A DNA stretch of 64,000 nucleotides from Cladosporium halotolerans. Its lineage: Eukaryota. Below, one piece after another: positions 37,653 through 49,667 of this stretch. The stretch's first letter is position 1. Each line of letters begins with the position of its first letter. The position numbers were made by a program, and so were the translations under genes. The stretch covers positions 62,001 to 126,000 of the forward strand of contig NW_027191489.1 in NCBI RefSeq assembly GCF_011745625.1, written 5' to 3'. The notes under the pieces are model-generated. The model had not been told where the DNA came from. It did no database searches and saw only the letters and a list, made by a program, of their open reading frames with translations.

Positions 37653-38375
37653 ATGCCTTCCATCAGCTCCGTTGCCCTCTTCTCCCTCGCCGTCCTCGGC
37701 GCCACCGCTGCTCCTTCCGAGAAGCGCTGGAACAACCGCCATGGAGGCCGATGCCTCAGCGACGACCAGGCCGAGCAGGTCGCCGACACCTGGGCGTCTC
37801 TCATCACCGACTACAGCGACGCTCTCGCTGACGCGACCCTGACCGAGAACTTCACCGACTACTCCGAGTCCGTCAACACCCTCATCAACTCCTGCCCTCA
37901 GGGCGACGCGGCCAAGCCCCTCCCGCTCCTCGACCCGACCTTCACAACCCGCGACGCCTTCAAGCTCGGCCAGGGCCAGCAGCCCGCGATCAACTTCCAG
38001 CGCCTCAACCTGTGGCACAGCTGCAACGCCGTCAACCTGCGCTGGATGACGACCAACACCGCGCCGATCCCCAACCCCAAGCCCGTCGTCGGCCTGATCG
38101 CGCTCGAGGTCTCCAAGAACCCCGACTGGAACGCCCAGTACCCGTGGCTCATTAACACCGTCTACAGCGAGTTCGACGCCGGCGCGTGGCTGCAGAACCT
38201 CGTCGAGGCCGGCATCTGCTCGTCCGGCGCCGGCCTGCCCGGCAGCGGTGCGGCGAACTGCTCCGCCCCTGCTGCGCCTGAGCCGACTGCCAACTCCACC
38301 GTCCCTGCGACTCCCTCCACTCCGGCCGAGCCGTACTCCACCCCTGAGCCCACCGACGACTGCGACGAGGAGTAA
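37653..38375 (+). CDS. Secreted Cys-containing protein, probable NTF2/SnoaL-like fold, with a P/T-rich tail
   Basis: Signal peptide plus EKR processing site, strong codon bias, and FTDYSESVN and VYSEFDAGAWL segments. The fold assignment is inference. Confidence 0.78.
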   Translation: MPSISSVALFSLAVLGATAAPSEKRWNNRHGGRCLSDDQAEQVADTWASLITDYSDALADATLTENFTDYSESVNTLINSCPQGDAAKPLPLLDPTFTTRDAFKLGQGQQPAINFQRLNLWHSCNAVNLRWMTTNTAPIPNPKPVVGLIALEVSKNPDWNAQYPWLINTVYSEFDAGAWLQNLVEAGICSSGAGLPGSGAANCSAPAAPEPTANSTVPATPSTPAEPYSTPEPTDDCDEE

Positions 38376-39180
38376 GCGTTGCCATCAGTGCAGCTGAGCG
38401 GACACTCGACCGACCTGTTTCACGGCGGTCTAATATTTCGTATCTTTTCTTTTCTCTTCATCTTCTACACATCAGATCACAGCTTCGATAGCATCGAATG
38501 ATCAATTAATACCATTCTCTGGGACTGGCCTTAAAACAGAGTGACACACCAAAAGGGAATTGCTGGCGGCGATGCAACGGATCAGTGGAAGGAAAATGTG
38601 GCAGTCTGCTTTCGACGATTGTACTATCTTTCTCGTGTGAATAAATCTTATATCAACATTGATACAATCAGTTCACCCGTCGGTCTCCATGCATCACCGT
38701 GAGTCTCAATGACGCTCGTATTCATTTTGTTTGGCGATTCATGGGGAACGATAGCGAGAGCGTGTTCTTCCTGTCTCGCGGACGACATAGGGCGCAGACG
38801 GAGACGCGAGGCTGTCGGCTCGGCGGACATCGTTGCGTCAGATCCAAGACGTTTCATTTCAATGCAGTGCCTGAATGCGCGTTCAAGCGTCATGTTCGTC
38901 TTCAACGTTTCTGCGCGCTTTGATGTCCCCGATCCCTTTGCGCGTCTGATCGCGAGCAAAGCGTTGGACCTCAAGCGTGATCTGATAAATATCGACAGGA
39001 AACCAGCATGGCACGAATGCCGCTTCGCAAATGCGCGACTATCCGATTTCTGCGATTTGGATTGATCGTGCAAAGTACTCGCAGATGCACCAGATCCTTC
39101 TGGAGCGCGCAAATAGGCTCTCAAACGCGCACGCGACTTGTTAAGCTCATGCGAACGACTTGGCTACACCACCGGCGCTC

Positions 39181-41524
39181 TCAGCCATCTGTCGAAAGCC
39201 CAGCCCATTCCCCGCTGTCATCACCATCCACTCGGTCCTGAGCCTCCTCCCGCGCGAGCGCCAACCTCTCCAAATCCCCCGCAAGCTCCTCCGCATTCCT
39301 GCTCTCGTTCTCCTTGCGCGCACGGCCCAGATCGATGTACACGCGCAGGTTCTTCGCGTCCTTGACACCCTCTCTGCCCTTCCCCGACACCAACTGCCTG
39401 TGGAAATCGCGCGCCTTGGCGGCGGACAGCTTGCCCTCGGCCATGGCCATGGTGAGGGTGGCCTTATACGCGGTGGCGGCGAAGGGGTAGGCGAGGGAGA
39501 GGTTGCGGTAGGCCTGCAAGCAGACCAGGAAGTAGAAGCGCCACTCTGGGTCGGGCGGGGAGGCGGTGAGGACGGCGTGAGCGACGTAGATCGCGGCGGG
39601 GGCCCACCAGGCGTGGTAGCGGGATTCCGGGTAGTGGAGCTGGAAGAGGATGAGGATGCGCTTCATCTGGCGGATGGAGGCGTGGAAGACGGCGTCGGGG
39701 GTGGTGTGGATTCTGGGCGAGGGCCGGAGGTGGAGGTTTTTGGATGTCCAGGGGCGGACTATGAGGATGACTATGCAGTGGTAGTAGATGCTGAAACAAA
39801 GGTCAGTCGACGGACTCAGGGCTATTTTGGCCGTTGTCATTGGGGCGTTGTGTCTTACTGCATGGTCATGACGTGGTGCGGGCTCATATCGCTGCGAGCA
39901 CAGCAGCTGGGGAGTTCATTGACCCATTCGAGGAGCTTCCCGTATGTTGATTCTGCAACGGTCAAAGGCACTGGGCCCAGCGTCTCCGCATCCGCACTAT
40001 GGGTCATGGCATTATCGACGATTAAGTACAACTTGCACATGCAAGTGAAGGTACTGCCCATGTACCAAGGTAAGTGGAAACCATGCGTGCCAGGAATTGG
40101 GAACGATAGAGGTGCCTTTGGGGACCGTTGCATGTATAACAAGCTGGAAGTGCTATCAATCAAGTTAGAGGTCAGTGACAGCAAAACGAAAGGGAAGCCT
40201 CACCAAGCAGATGCGAAGTAACCCCATGCCGCGTGCGCATTCCATCGCGCATCATGGCTAAGATATTCAGGAATAGTGGATGGAGCGGACAGGAGGCTGC
40301 CGTTGAATAGACCAAGTCTTTCTGCCATCTCCTTCGCACACTGGTTGAGTCTCCGGGCCTCCAGGTCAAAGCCACCGGTCGCGCCAGCGTAGTCCATCAT
40401 CTTAAGTGCAATGAGGTCGATGAAAGTGTCGCGCGTTCCTTTAGCTTCCCAGAGCGTTACAGCTTTGGCGAAGAATCTCGCGTGTAAATCCCATGCGGTG
40501 GAGTCAATTATCTCATATGCTTGCTGCAAAAGCTTAGTTCGGAGATCTACGTGTGGGACCTTCACAAGGCGTACCATGGCATATGCGAGAAGTGCATTCA
40601 CAAGGAATTGCGAGCAATATCTTTCCCGTCTGCCCACCAAATCGCCTATGAAAAGGCCTGCGTCAAATAGAGCAATGAGAGCATGTTCTGTCTGCAGATA
40701 GTGCGATATGGCCGCAGCGGCGCGATAATTTGATATCGGGACGTCAGTCCAATAGGAGATGTTCAGTCCTTCGAGACGAGGGTCACAAAATAATAACGGC
40801 GTGGATTTATCCTTCAGGTCCGGAACACGGACGTCAAGCTTCATTCTGCACCCTGTCAAGGTTACTTGGGAGGTCAACGTGACAGAATGGATTTCGCGCA
40901 CCTAGTGATCTGATCCAGTCGGTGTGACCCCGAGGGACTCAACAGGTCTCTGGCGATAGATTGCGGATCACCGAAAGCCAAGATGTCGGGATATGCTTTG
41001 GGATGATTGACCAGTAGATCAGCCTGCAGGTTCAACGTTACAGGAATCGTTGAGGCCACGGGCAAACGTTGGTCCATCAATCGCAGTTCTGGACCGGTAG
41101 ACCGCTGGAGCGAATCTGTGCGAAAGCGGTCTTGGATTGGACCACCAGTTTGGTGGCGATCTCTGATGAGCTCCCAAGCGTCGTCCGCCGGTATGGACTT
41201 GAGATGGTCAACAAAATCCCGCAGCTCCTGCAGTTGGCCCTTTAACGACTCGTGTTCGCGTCGGAGAGCGTCTTGTCTCGTCTCGTTTGCATTCTGGGTC
41301 GCATAGACGCAGTCCAGCGACCGCGAGCGGCACTGCTTACATACTGGTCTGGAAGTATCGCACTGCACACCCGTCAGCGTTGACGTCTTGCACATTTTGC
41401 TCTCCTTGGTGCATACGGCGATCTTTCGAGCTCTACACTCGTTGCATGCCGCTCGAACCTGAGAGCGCTTCTTCACTCCTGACGTAGGCCTCGACATGGC
41501 GCGGCTTGGATCCGTAGTGTACAT
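39181..41524 (-). CDS. Zn(II)2Cys6 transcription factor with fungal-specific middle homology region (multi-exon; start could be 41497)
   Basis: ACNECRARKIA|CDTSRPVCKQCRSRSLDC zinc cluster followed by a coiled coil; later exons include CSQFLVNALLAYA and AWGYF. Confidence 0.85.
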
Positions 41525-42427
41525 GTTCAGGCCGCGTGTTATCGGCAGGTTAGTATGGCATTGCAAGGCCGTTGCAGCGGGGCGATGGGACTGGGGACCC
41601 TTGGGTAATGCGTGGCGTAAGACAAATGGTGATAATCAACTGGTGACTGCAATGGGGCTCGCTGTATGAAAGGTGGGCATGAAGCTGACGGCACCTGTGA
41701 ACGCGCGATCGAGCAATCGAGGGAAGCCTTGGGACCGTCGGACTTGCTTCCGCTGCATCTCGATCATCCCTTGCCGCACGAGTTTCGCGCCGAGCGGTAT
41801 GATGAACGGCTCCAAGCCCTGCGAAGCATTGAAGTATTGACGGAGTCTCACGCGGCATCTGAGCTCTCCAGGCGTCCTCGAGACGGAGGAGCACGTTTGC
41901 TAGTACTGACTGCACCTGTCACGTCTCACGCCAAGCAAACCGAGCCCTGCTCTCCACGGGTAGAACACGAGTCTGCCGGACACGCACCACGTAGACCGAT
42001 AGGCGTGTCGATGGGGGGGTAGTTGAGCATGAGGAATGGCTGTAGGTAATTCATCACCAGATCCAGCGGCGAACAAAAGTACGTCTGCCTCAGGAACGAA
42101 AAGGACACTAACTGCCAAGGACACGTGACTTCAGACTCCCCCTTCCCCGCTCGAGGTCCCCTCTCCAACTTCACATCTCTTGCGCGTCGAAGCTGACCTC
42201 ATGTGGAGACCCCGCCCTGTTCAAACGACCTCGGTCTTGGGTAATAGCGGCATATTGGTCCGTTGGCCGGATGATCTAGCCGCGGTCGTGGAAGGCTCCT
42301 CAAGCTTGAAAGGTAGGTCAAGCTACACTGTGTCTCACCATCTTTATCTTTTCGCGTGACATTGTAATACAACATAAGAAGCACCAAAACCAATTGAATT
42401 ATCGCTTTAAAGGTCCCACTTCCTGCA

Positions 42428-44290
42428 ATGGCTGGTGACAAACCCTGGCCCGAAGTGCCGGTCGGCAACGCAAACCATGCCAACACGGCCGTCCTGATCG
42501 TTGGCGCTGGCATCTCCGGCCTCTGCACGGCCATCGACCTCGTGAAGCGCAACAACTGCCGCAACTTCGTGATTGTAGAGAAAAGCAGCGGCGTGGGCGG
42601 CACCTGGTACGACAACAAATATCCTGGCTGCTGCTGCGATGTATGGTCCGCGTTGTACAGCCTGAGCTTCGAGCAAAACAGCGACTGGACGCGCGAGTAT
42701 CCTGGCCAGGAAGAGATCCTTTCATATCTCATTGGCGTTGCACAGAAGTATAAGATCTACGAGCATGTTAGGTTCAACACGTCTGTCGAGGAAGCTACTT
42801 GGGACGGTGAGGCGAAAAAGTGGCGCGTGCAAGTGTCCACTTCGAAAGGCAGCAAGGACGCGGAGTTCAACCCTCAATATGAGATTAAGACCGATTTCCT
42901 TGTCAGTGCTGTGGGCCAACTGAACCAGCCAAAATGGCCAGAGATTGACGGGATCGACGACTTTGCTGGCAAGAAGATGCACTCGGCGCGTTGGGATTGG
43001 TCTTATGACTTGAAAGACAAGAAGATTGCGATCTTAGGCAACGGTAATTCTACCCTTGGATTGTTCGTCTGCTCCCGACTGATAACCTCCAACAGGCTGT
43101 ACGGCTGCTCAGATTGCTCCTGAAATCGTAAAAGTCGCAAAGCATGTCACCATCCACCAACGCACCCCTAACTGGGTCATTCCACGCCTCGACACTGCCG
43201 TGTCCCCATTCATGCGCAGCGTCTACAAATACGTACCGCCCATCCGCCAGCGTAAGAGAGCGGTCATGATGGACTTCCGGGAATGCTTCTATGCTGCCGT
43301 GACGGACGGGTCATCGCCCTTCGCTGAGGAAATCAGAAGACAGAGTCTGGAAATGATGCACTCACAGTTGCCAGATCAGCCCGAGCTATGGGAGAAACTT
43401 ACACCTAAATATAACCCTGGCTGCAAGCGAGTCATCATCTCGGACGACTACTATCCTACTCTCGCCCTACCCAACGTCACTCTCGAGACACGACCGATCT
43501 CCCACATCACTTCGAAAGGCGTCAGCGTCGTCGGTGCCGGCGGCGAGCCAGAAACCATCGAAGAAGACTACGACCTGCTCGTCTGCGCCACCGGCTTCAA
43601 AACCACGCAATTCATGCATCCCATCCAATTGACCGGCAAGAACGGCACCAAGCTAAGTGATGTCTGGCACAAAGGCGCCCAAGCCTACTATGGCACCTGC
43701 GTGGAAGCCATGCCCAACTTCGGGATGCTGTATGGCCCGAACACCAACCTAGGGCACAATTCGTAAGCCTTGGCCCCCTTGTATCCTCCACCGTCCACTT
43801 ATCTAATCTGACTTCCCTTCGCAGCATCATCCTGATGATCGAAGCGCAAAGCCGGTACATCAGTGGACTCATAGCGCCCGTGCTCGACGCACGCCGCGCG
43901 GGAAAAGCTCTCTCGCTATCTCCCAAGCCCTCCAAAGTCGCCGCTTACAACGCACGAATTCAAGAAGTTCTGCAGAAGTCTTCTTTCAACGACCCAAGTT
44001 GCAACTCGTGGTATAAGAACGAGGCTGGGATGATCACGAATAATTGGTCGGGCACAGTGATTGAGTACCAGGAGCAGCTGTCGAAAGTCAATTTCGAGGA
44101 TTATGAGGCGGAGGGGAACGGTATTGAGATTGTGAAGAGGAAGCCGGTCGTAACGCTGGGGAGGGTGAGGGAGGAGACGGTTGTGAGCGATCGGTTCATT
44201 GCGGCGATGAGTGTTCTGAGCGTGGGTGCTGTGGCGGCTGGGTGGGTCCTAAGGAACTCGGGATATCTGAGAGGCCTAAGGGTGAGGTAG
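42428..44290 (+). CDS. FAD/NADPH-dependent monooxygenase of the Baeyer-Villiger (type I) family (introns about 43044-43096 and 43763-43824)
   Basis: GAGISG, GGTWYDNKYPGCCCD, BVMO fingerprint FAGKKMHSARWD, ILGNG|CTAAQ, CATGF, PNFGMLYGPN and a C-terminal hydrophobic segment. Confidence 0.93.
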
Positions 44291-44919
44291 GCTAATGTTA
44301 GTGCGGTTAGAGGTAATGGGCTCTCTTTGGTCGATACAGATTGAGTTTATACTGTAGCTGGTATGCGCGTCGATTCAATGAAAAGTATCACAAGACACAG
44401 GCGGCTCTCCGTAAATTGGCACAATCGATGTTTTTGACGCTGGACCTGGTAGGCGCACCGTTCAGATCCATTGCGGTACACTCTCTGTGGTTGAGCAAGA
44501 TGGGGTGTCTATACCGTAGGAGGTAGGTGCAGCACTGGCATCTGCTCAAGTGCGTTCTGTGTCCTCGCAATAGGATGGGTCGTTCACAACTTGGTTGGAA
44601 GTTGCTTCACCGGGATCCCTCTATCAGGCTCTCCGTGGTCGGGACAGCATGGGTTATCCATGCCGTAGCTGACCGTTGCACCACGACGAGGTTCTCTTAA
44701 GAAGCATCAATGACCACGACGCGATGACTTGAACGTGATGTGCGCTCGCGTGAATCACGCGCTCATGGCCACAACAATGCTTCAAGCCAGTGTCTCCGCT
44801 TCACTCAATACAAACACACCTTGCTCCCACCAAGAAGTAAGTTACCTCGCCGCTCCATTTGCCCTTCAAGTTTGACCTCGCTGAACTTCTCATCGCACAC
44901 CCACAGACACACCACTACC

Positions 44920-45531
44920 ATGGAGCCATTCAAGCGCTCCGATGCGCCCTCCCCGAGCCCAGGCCTCCAGCAGTACCAGCAGCAGCAGAGCAGCAGTACC
45001 AGCAGCACTCCAGCCTCGTCGACACCCCGGGCACAGCAGCAGCACAGCACGCGCTCCCCCTTCTCCACTGACACGATCATCAGTCAGAACAACCCCGACC
45101 TCAGCCGCGCCCAGGCCGCCTTCCGCCGCGCCCAAGAGGCCATCATGTCGGACCCAAACGACCCAAAGCACGAAGAGTTCCGCCGTGCCCAACATGACCG
45201 CATCGTCGCGGACCCCACCCACCCGCTGCACGACATGTTCCGCCGCGGCCAGCAGCACCTCGTCCTCGGGCACCGCCCGACCTCAGCAGCCGCGCCCACT
45301 CCCGCGCCCGCTCAGCCTGTCGACGCAGCCGCCGCGCGCCAGACGATCTTCAACAAGATCCTGAAGGACATGCAGGCGGAGAACGCGGGCCTCAAGGAGG
45401 AATTGGAGGCGGAGAAGAAGAAGAATGCGGAGCTGGAGGCAAAGATTGCGGAGATGGAGAGGGAGATGGGCGGGAAGAAGCGCAAGGTGAGCGGAGAGGG
45501 TGTTGAGGTCGAGAATATGGAGATGGAGTAA
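44920..45531 (+). CDS. Hypothetical protein with an internal 19-20 aa repeat, coiled coil and KKRKV NLS
   Basis: Codon-biased ORF with ATG in ACCATGG context; Q/S-rich N-terminus, FRRAQ repeats and an E/K-rich coiled coil. Confidence 0.75.
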   Translation: MEPFKRSDAPSPSPGLQQYQQQQSSSTSSTPASSTPRAQQQHSTRSPFSTDTIISQNNPDLSRAQAAFRRAQEAIMSDPNDPKHEEFRRAQHDRIVADPTHPLHDMFRRGQQHLVLGHRPTSAAAPTPAPAQPVDAAAARQTIFNKILKDMQAENAGLKEELEAEKKKNAELEAKIAEMEREMGGKKRKVSGEGVEVENMEME

Positions 45532-46242
45532 TCAGAGTCTGTGTACGTCAAATCAGACTCTTAAATCGGTAGGGCTGTCGCGGGAGTGGAGGATAGCTGC
45601 GCCAGGGACGCGCATGGATGCTGGGATACTCAATTGCCCAGCTTCACAGGCTAATGAATTGAAAATGAAATCGTCCTCCCCAGCATTGTTTGAGCATCAT
45701 TTTCTCATGGCTGATGGTGGTAGCACGTGGCGTGTGAGAGACGGAGTCGGCCTGACGTCTGTCGCTGGACGTCGTCGCTCGTAGGGCTGACAGCGGAATC
45801 CTTCGTACCTTGGTCTGCACGAACACTGCCACCTCTTGGCTCAGCCTCATTCCACCTTCTTCTGGCCTGACGTCTCGCCTTGGCATGAACACGCAAATAT
45901 GTAACCCGGCCTGACATCCGAAGAAGGTTCGTTCTGACTTCAGCCTTACATACATCATGCCCAGGCCTCCGGGGCCGGCAGGCGTGCAGGCTTCCGTGAA
46001 TTCTTCGTCGGCAAGGCCCGGAGAGCTGCGATGCCGGGCGGACGTAAGGCGCGTCATCCACTGCAACCTCAATGGCTCCCAAGACCGCCCAAAGCGGCAA
46101 CTCCCCACCCGACCCTCCGCTTGCACCCAAGAGTTAAATACACAAGGCGACTCTTCCCCAGTCTTGGAGAAAGCTTGCCCTGCGAACGGCTTTCTTGTCT
46201 TGAATCCTTCACTCTGCAGCCAATCGCCGCCCGCGACGCATC

Positions 46243-48003
46243 ATGAACTGCCCTTCGCGCACCGACGCCATTATTGAAGATGGCATGAACCAGAACCCGC
46301 CGCCTTTCGCTCCGGACCTTACGACTAGAAGCGACTTCGGACAGATTGCAAACGCACGACTGCAGCGAGACCACCGCGTTGGAGTGGGAGGAGAAGCGAC
46401 AGAAGCAGACATGGTGGCTTCACAGCAGCATCCCAAGCCACCGGACAAGACGGCGAGCGCGACTATCGCGGACGCGGGGGAGGGAGGTGGTGACGGGGGG
46501 CAGGGAAGGGCAGGCGACGGTGCTGAGAGTCCTGAGCGTAACAACTCAGATTCTCAGACGCTGTCAGACCGCCAGCCTTCTCGTGTACCTCCCGTCATCA
46601 ACCGCTCTCTTCACCGCGTCAAAAGCGTCCTACTCAAATATGCCAGATTCGTTGGACCTGGCTTCATGGTTTCAGTTGCCTACATCGATCCTGGAAATTA
46701 TGCGACAGCGGTAGCAGCTGGCGCATCCTACAGGTTCAGGCTTCTTTTCATGGTCCTGGCGTCCAACATTATCGCCATTTTCATGCAGTCCTTGTGCACT
46801 AAGCTAGGCACTGTGACCGGAATGAATCTTGCCGAAAATTGCAAGGCCCATTTCCCACCCTGGCTGAACTACTCGCTCTACTTCTTTGCCGAGAGCGCCA
46901 TCATCGCCACCGACATCGCCGAAGTCATCGGAACTGCCATCGCTCTGAATCTACTTCTCAACGTTCCCTTGGTAGCCGGATGTGCCATCTCCATCGTAGA
47001 CGTGATGGTAATCTTGATCTTCTACCGTCCCAACCGCAGCTCCATGCGCGGTCTTCGTCTCTTCGAACTCTTCGTCTCCCTTCTGGTCATCGGCGTCGTA
47101 GTCTGCTTCTGCTTTCAACTCTCCCTCATTCAGAACACCTCCGTCGGTGAGGTCTTCCGTGGCTACCTCCCCTCCAAAGCCATCGTGCAAGGCCAAGGAC
47201 TCTACCAAGCCTGCGGTATCCTAGGCGCGACCGTGATGCCACACTCACTCTACCTGGGCAGCGGGCTGATCCAAGCACGACTCCGCGACTTCGACAAAAC
47301 CAACAACACCAGCTCCACCGCCGAGCAAACCGACAGCGAAGACGGCGAAGAAGAAGTCAAATACCGGCCCTCCATCACCGCAATCCGGTCATGCCTCTCC
47401 TACTCCATCGCCGAGCAGTCTATCAGCCTCTTCACCTTCGCGCTCTTCGTCAACAGCGCGATCCTCATCACCGCCGGCGCAGCCCTCTACGGCGTCTCCG
47501 GCGCCGACGAAGCCGACCTCTTCGGCATCCACGACCTGCTCTCGCGCACCATGGCGCCCGCCGCAGGAACCATCTACGCGCTCGCGCTGCTGCTGTCCGG
47601 CATCAGCGCGGGGATCGTTTGCACGATCGCGGGGCAGATGGTGTCCGAAGGGCAGCTGTCGCTCAAGATGAAACCCTGGGTGCGCAGGCTGTTCACGCGG
47701 TCCATCTCCGTGACGCCTAGTATCATCATCGCAGGCGCCGTGGGGCGGGATGGGTTGAACGCTGCGCTCAACGGCTCGCAAGTCGCGCTCTCGGTGATTC
47801 TGCCGTTTGTCACGGCGCCATTGATTTACCTTACGTGCCGCAATAAGTATATGACCGTCGCTACGAGGGAGGGTGAAGGAGGCGTGGATGGGATCAAGAT
47901 GCGGAATAACTGGATCACCGGCATAATTGCCGTTTTGCTTTGGTTGTTGATCGTGGTCATGAATGTGGCGCTGTTGGTGTTGGTGGGTATGGGCCTCGCT
48001 TAG
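46243..48003 (+). CDS. NRAMP family divalent metal transporter (Smf1/Smf2-like)
   Basis: VAYIDPGN, GATVMPHSLYL and GQMVSEG motifs, with about 11 hydrophobic segments. Confidence 0.96.
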   Translation: MNCPSRTDAIIEDGMNQNPPPFAPDLTTRSDFGQIANARLQRDHRVGVGGEATEADMVASQQHPKPPDKTASATIADAGEGGGDGGQGRAGDGAESPERNNSDSQTLSDRQPSRVPPVINRSLHRVKSVLLKYARFVGPGFMVSVAYIDPGNYATAVAAGASYRFRLLFMVLASNIIAIFMQSLCTKLGTVTGMNLAENCKAHFPPWLNYSLYFFAESAIIATDIAEVIGTAIALNLLLNVPLVAGCAISIVDVMVILIFYRPNRSSMRGLRLFELFVSLLVIGVVVCFCFQLSLIQNTSVGEVFRGYLPSKAIVQGQGLYQACGILGATVMPHSLYLGSGLIQARLRDFDKTNNTSSTAEQTDSEDGEEEVKYRPSITAIRSCLSYSIAEQSISLFTFALFVNSAILITAGAALYGVSGADEADLFGIHDLLSRTMAPAAGTIYALALLLSGISAGIVCTIAGQMVSEGQLSLKMKPWVRRLFTRSISVTPSIIIAGAVGRDGLNAALNGSQVALSVILPFVTAPLIYLTCRNKYMTVATREGEGGVDGIKMRNNWITGIIAVLLWLLIVVMNVALLVLVGMGLA

Positions 48004-48279
48004 GCCTGAGGTGAGGTTTGGGCGAAAGGTGTTAGTTTTGGCTGGAGTGAACACATGTTGAGCGTGAAGGAGAGCTGTCACTGTCAAGCAAAGATGGAGT
48101 GCTGTAAGCATATCTAGCTCAGTGCCTGAGATGGAGTGGGCTCAATTTGGTACAAGAGACACGAATCAAAAGTGTCAGTGTCAATCCCTTCAGGAGCTAT
48201 GCAATCTGTTCTTTCCTTTCAGTGTCATCAAGCAGCCGTTTAAAGCGATCTGTTCCGATGCCGCTGTAACCCGCCCTTG

Positions 48280-49071
48280 TCATATCGAACCATCCGTCCT
48301 TCTTCTCTTCGCAGAGCGGGTTCTACCCTCCCGGTCGTCCCTCTGGTAAGCCGAGCTCTTGGTCTCAAGCATCCCAAGAAGCTTCAAGTTGATGTCCTGC
48401 CGAGCCGCCACCAGCTTCCTGAACGCCTCGTTCTCCACCAGAATGGCGATGTTCTTCTTTATCCTTGGTAGCACGATAGCCCAGAGCTTCTCGTCGTCAG
48501 GCGCGAAGTCATCGATGGCCGTCACGGCGTCGACGAACTCGTCGGCGTCCTCGCTCGGATCGAAGGACTCGGCGAATTTGGCGCGGGCGAGGGTGTGAAG
48601 AGAGGGAGCCTCGTATTTGAGCGACGCGGTGCAGAGACGAACGAGGTAGGAGCACAGGGTTGAGCCTGCCTGGTCGGGTCCCAGGTAGAGGGAATCGGTG
48701 TAGAAGAACGAAATGAGCGCCTTGATGACAGCTGGATCGTCGTCGCTAGGGAGGTGGATCTCTCCGTTTTCCTCTTCCTGCGCGGGATCGTCAGATTTCC
48801 GGCTCGTTGGCGGACACGATCACAACATGCTTACAGGCAGCGGTTCGCTGAGGATCTTGCGGAAGTGAGTCGATTTAGCGAATAGTACAACCTTGTGCGC
48901 TCGGATACTGAAGTCTTGACAGATTATCGACAGGTCTGAGAAAGCTCTGATTTGGTTCAACCTTCGCGGTGCGTCAATATATTTGAATCGAGACGCCTGA
49001 TTGGGGATCTGTCATTACCATTCGGAGTTAAAGACCAAAGAGAACAGATCTTCCTCTTGTGTGCTGGACAT
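48280..49071 (-). CDS. BTB/POZ domain protein, copy 1 (3 exons)
   Basis: FSDLSIIC...AHKVVLFAKSTHF...|EE..GEIHLPSDDDPAVIKALISFFYT, assembled across two GT-AG introns. Confidence 0.85.
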
Positions 49072-49667
49072 CTTGTACAATAGAGAACAGTAGAAATGTC
49101 AGCGGAAAGGAAAATATAGGTGTCTGGTGTCGTGAGTACGCTCTCGGAGAAGGTGTCAAGAACGTGGCGTCTTCCACGATGAGCTCGGACACCTGTGGAC
49201 CGTCACATGTGAGTGAAGACTCTTTCGTTGAAGTTTGAGAGTGAAGTGTCCGAGGAAATACACCTACTGATCAATACCCGCCTCTGCCGATAGGTTTTTG
49301 CACACGCGCTTAGCTGAGATATATCAGTAGCTTACTGTAGGTGTTGGGAAGATATGCGGCCACGTATGAGTCCCTCCTTTTCCCATCAAGAGTCACACGT
49401 GCAACTTAGGAGCTATGACAAGACAGGGAAGGATGTGGGCGACAGTGAGTTTTCGTTTGAGTGCCACACTATGAACGTCATTGCAACTCTCGACATTATT
49501 CAATCCTGACACCCTTACTTTCGAGTCTTATTCAACTGGAACGCTTTCTTCGTCCTTTCGAACTCTGCGACCAAGCCAAAAAGTGGCGGGTTCGGCCGGT
49601 TTGAAGGGCCCTATCAACAACCTTCAACGGACAGGGATTTCTGCATTCTCCCCGACTTCAAAGGTGC

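Noticed and set aside
38648..39124. 158-aa and 118-aa overlapping ORFs downstream of the Zn2Cys6 gene
   Set aside because: No motifs, no splice support, non-ATG starts; probably non-coding.
40847..40901. Apparent frameshift in the Zn2Cys6 gene between ORFs 40874..41566 and 40200..40901
   Set aside because: Resolved by a GTGCGC...TGCAG intron that restores the frame (T-R-M-K), so it is not a pseudogene.
45200..45240. DPTHPLH..F resembles a motif at the end of some LINE ORF2 proteins
   Set aside because: No reverse transcriptase, endonuclease, poly(A) tail or target-site duplication nearby.
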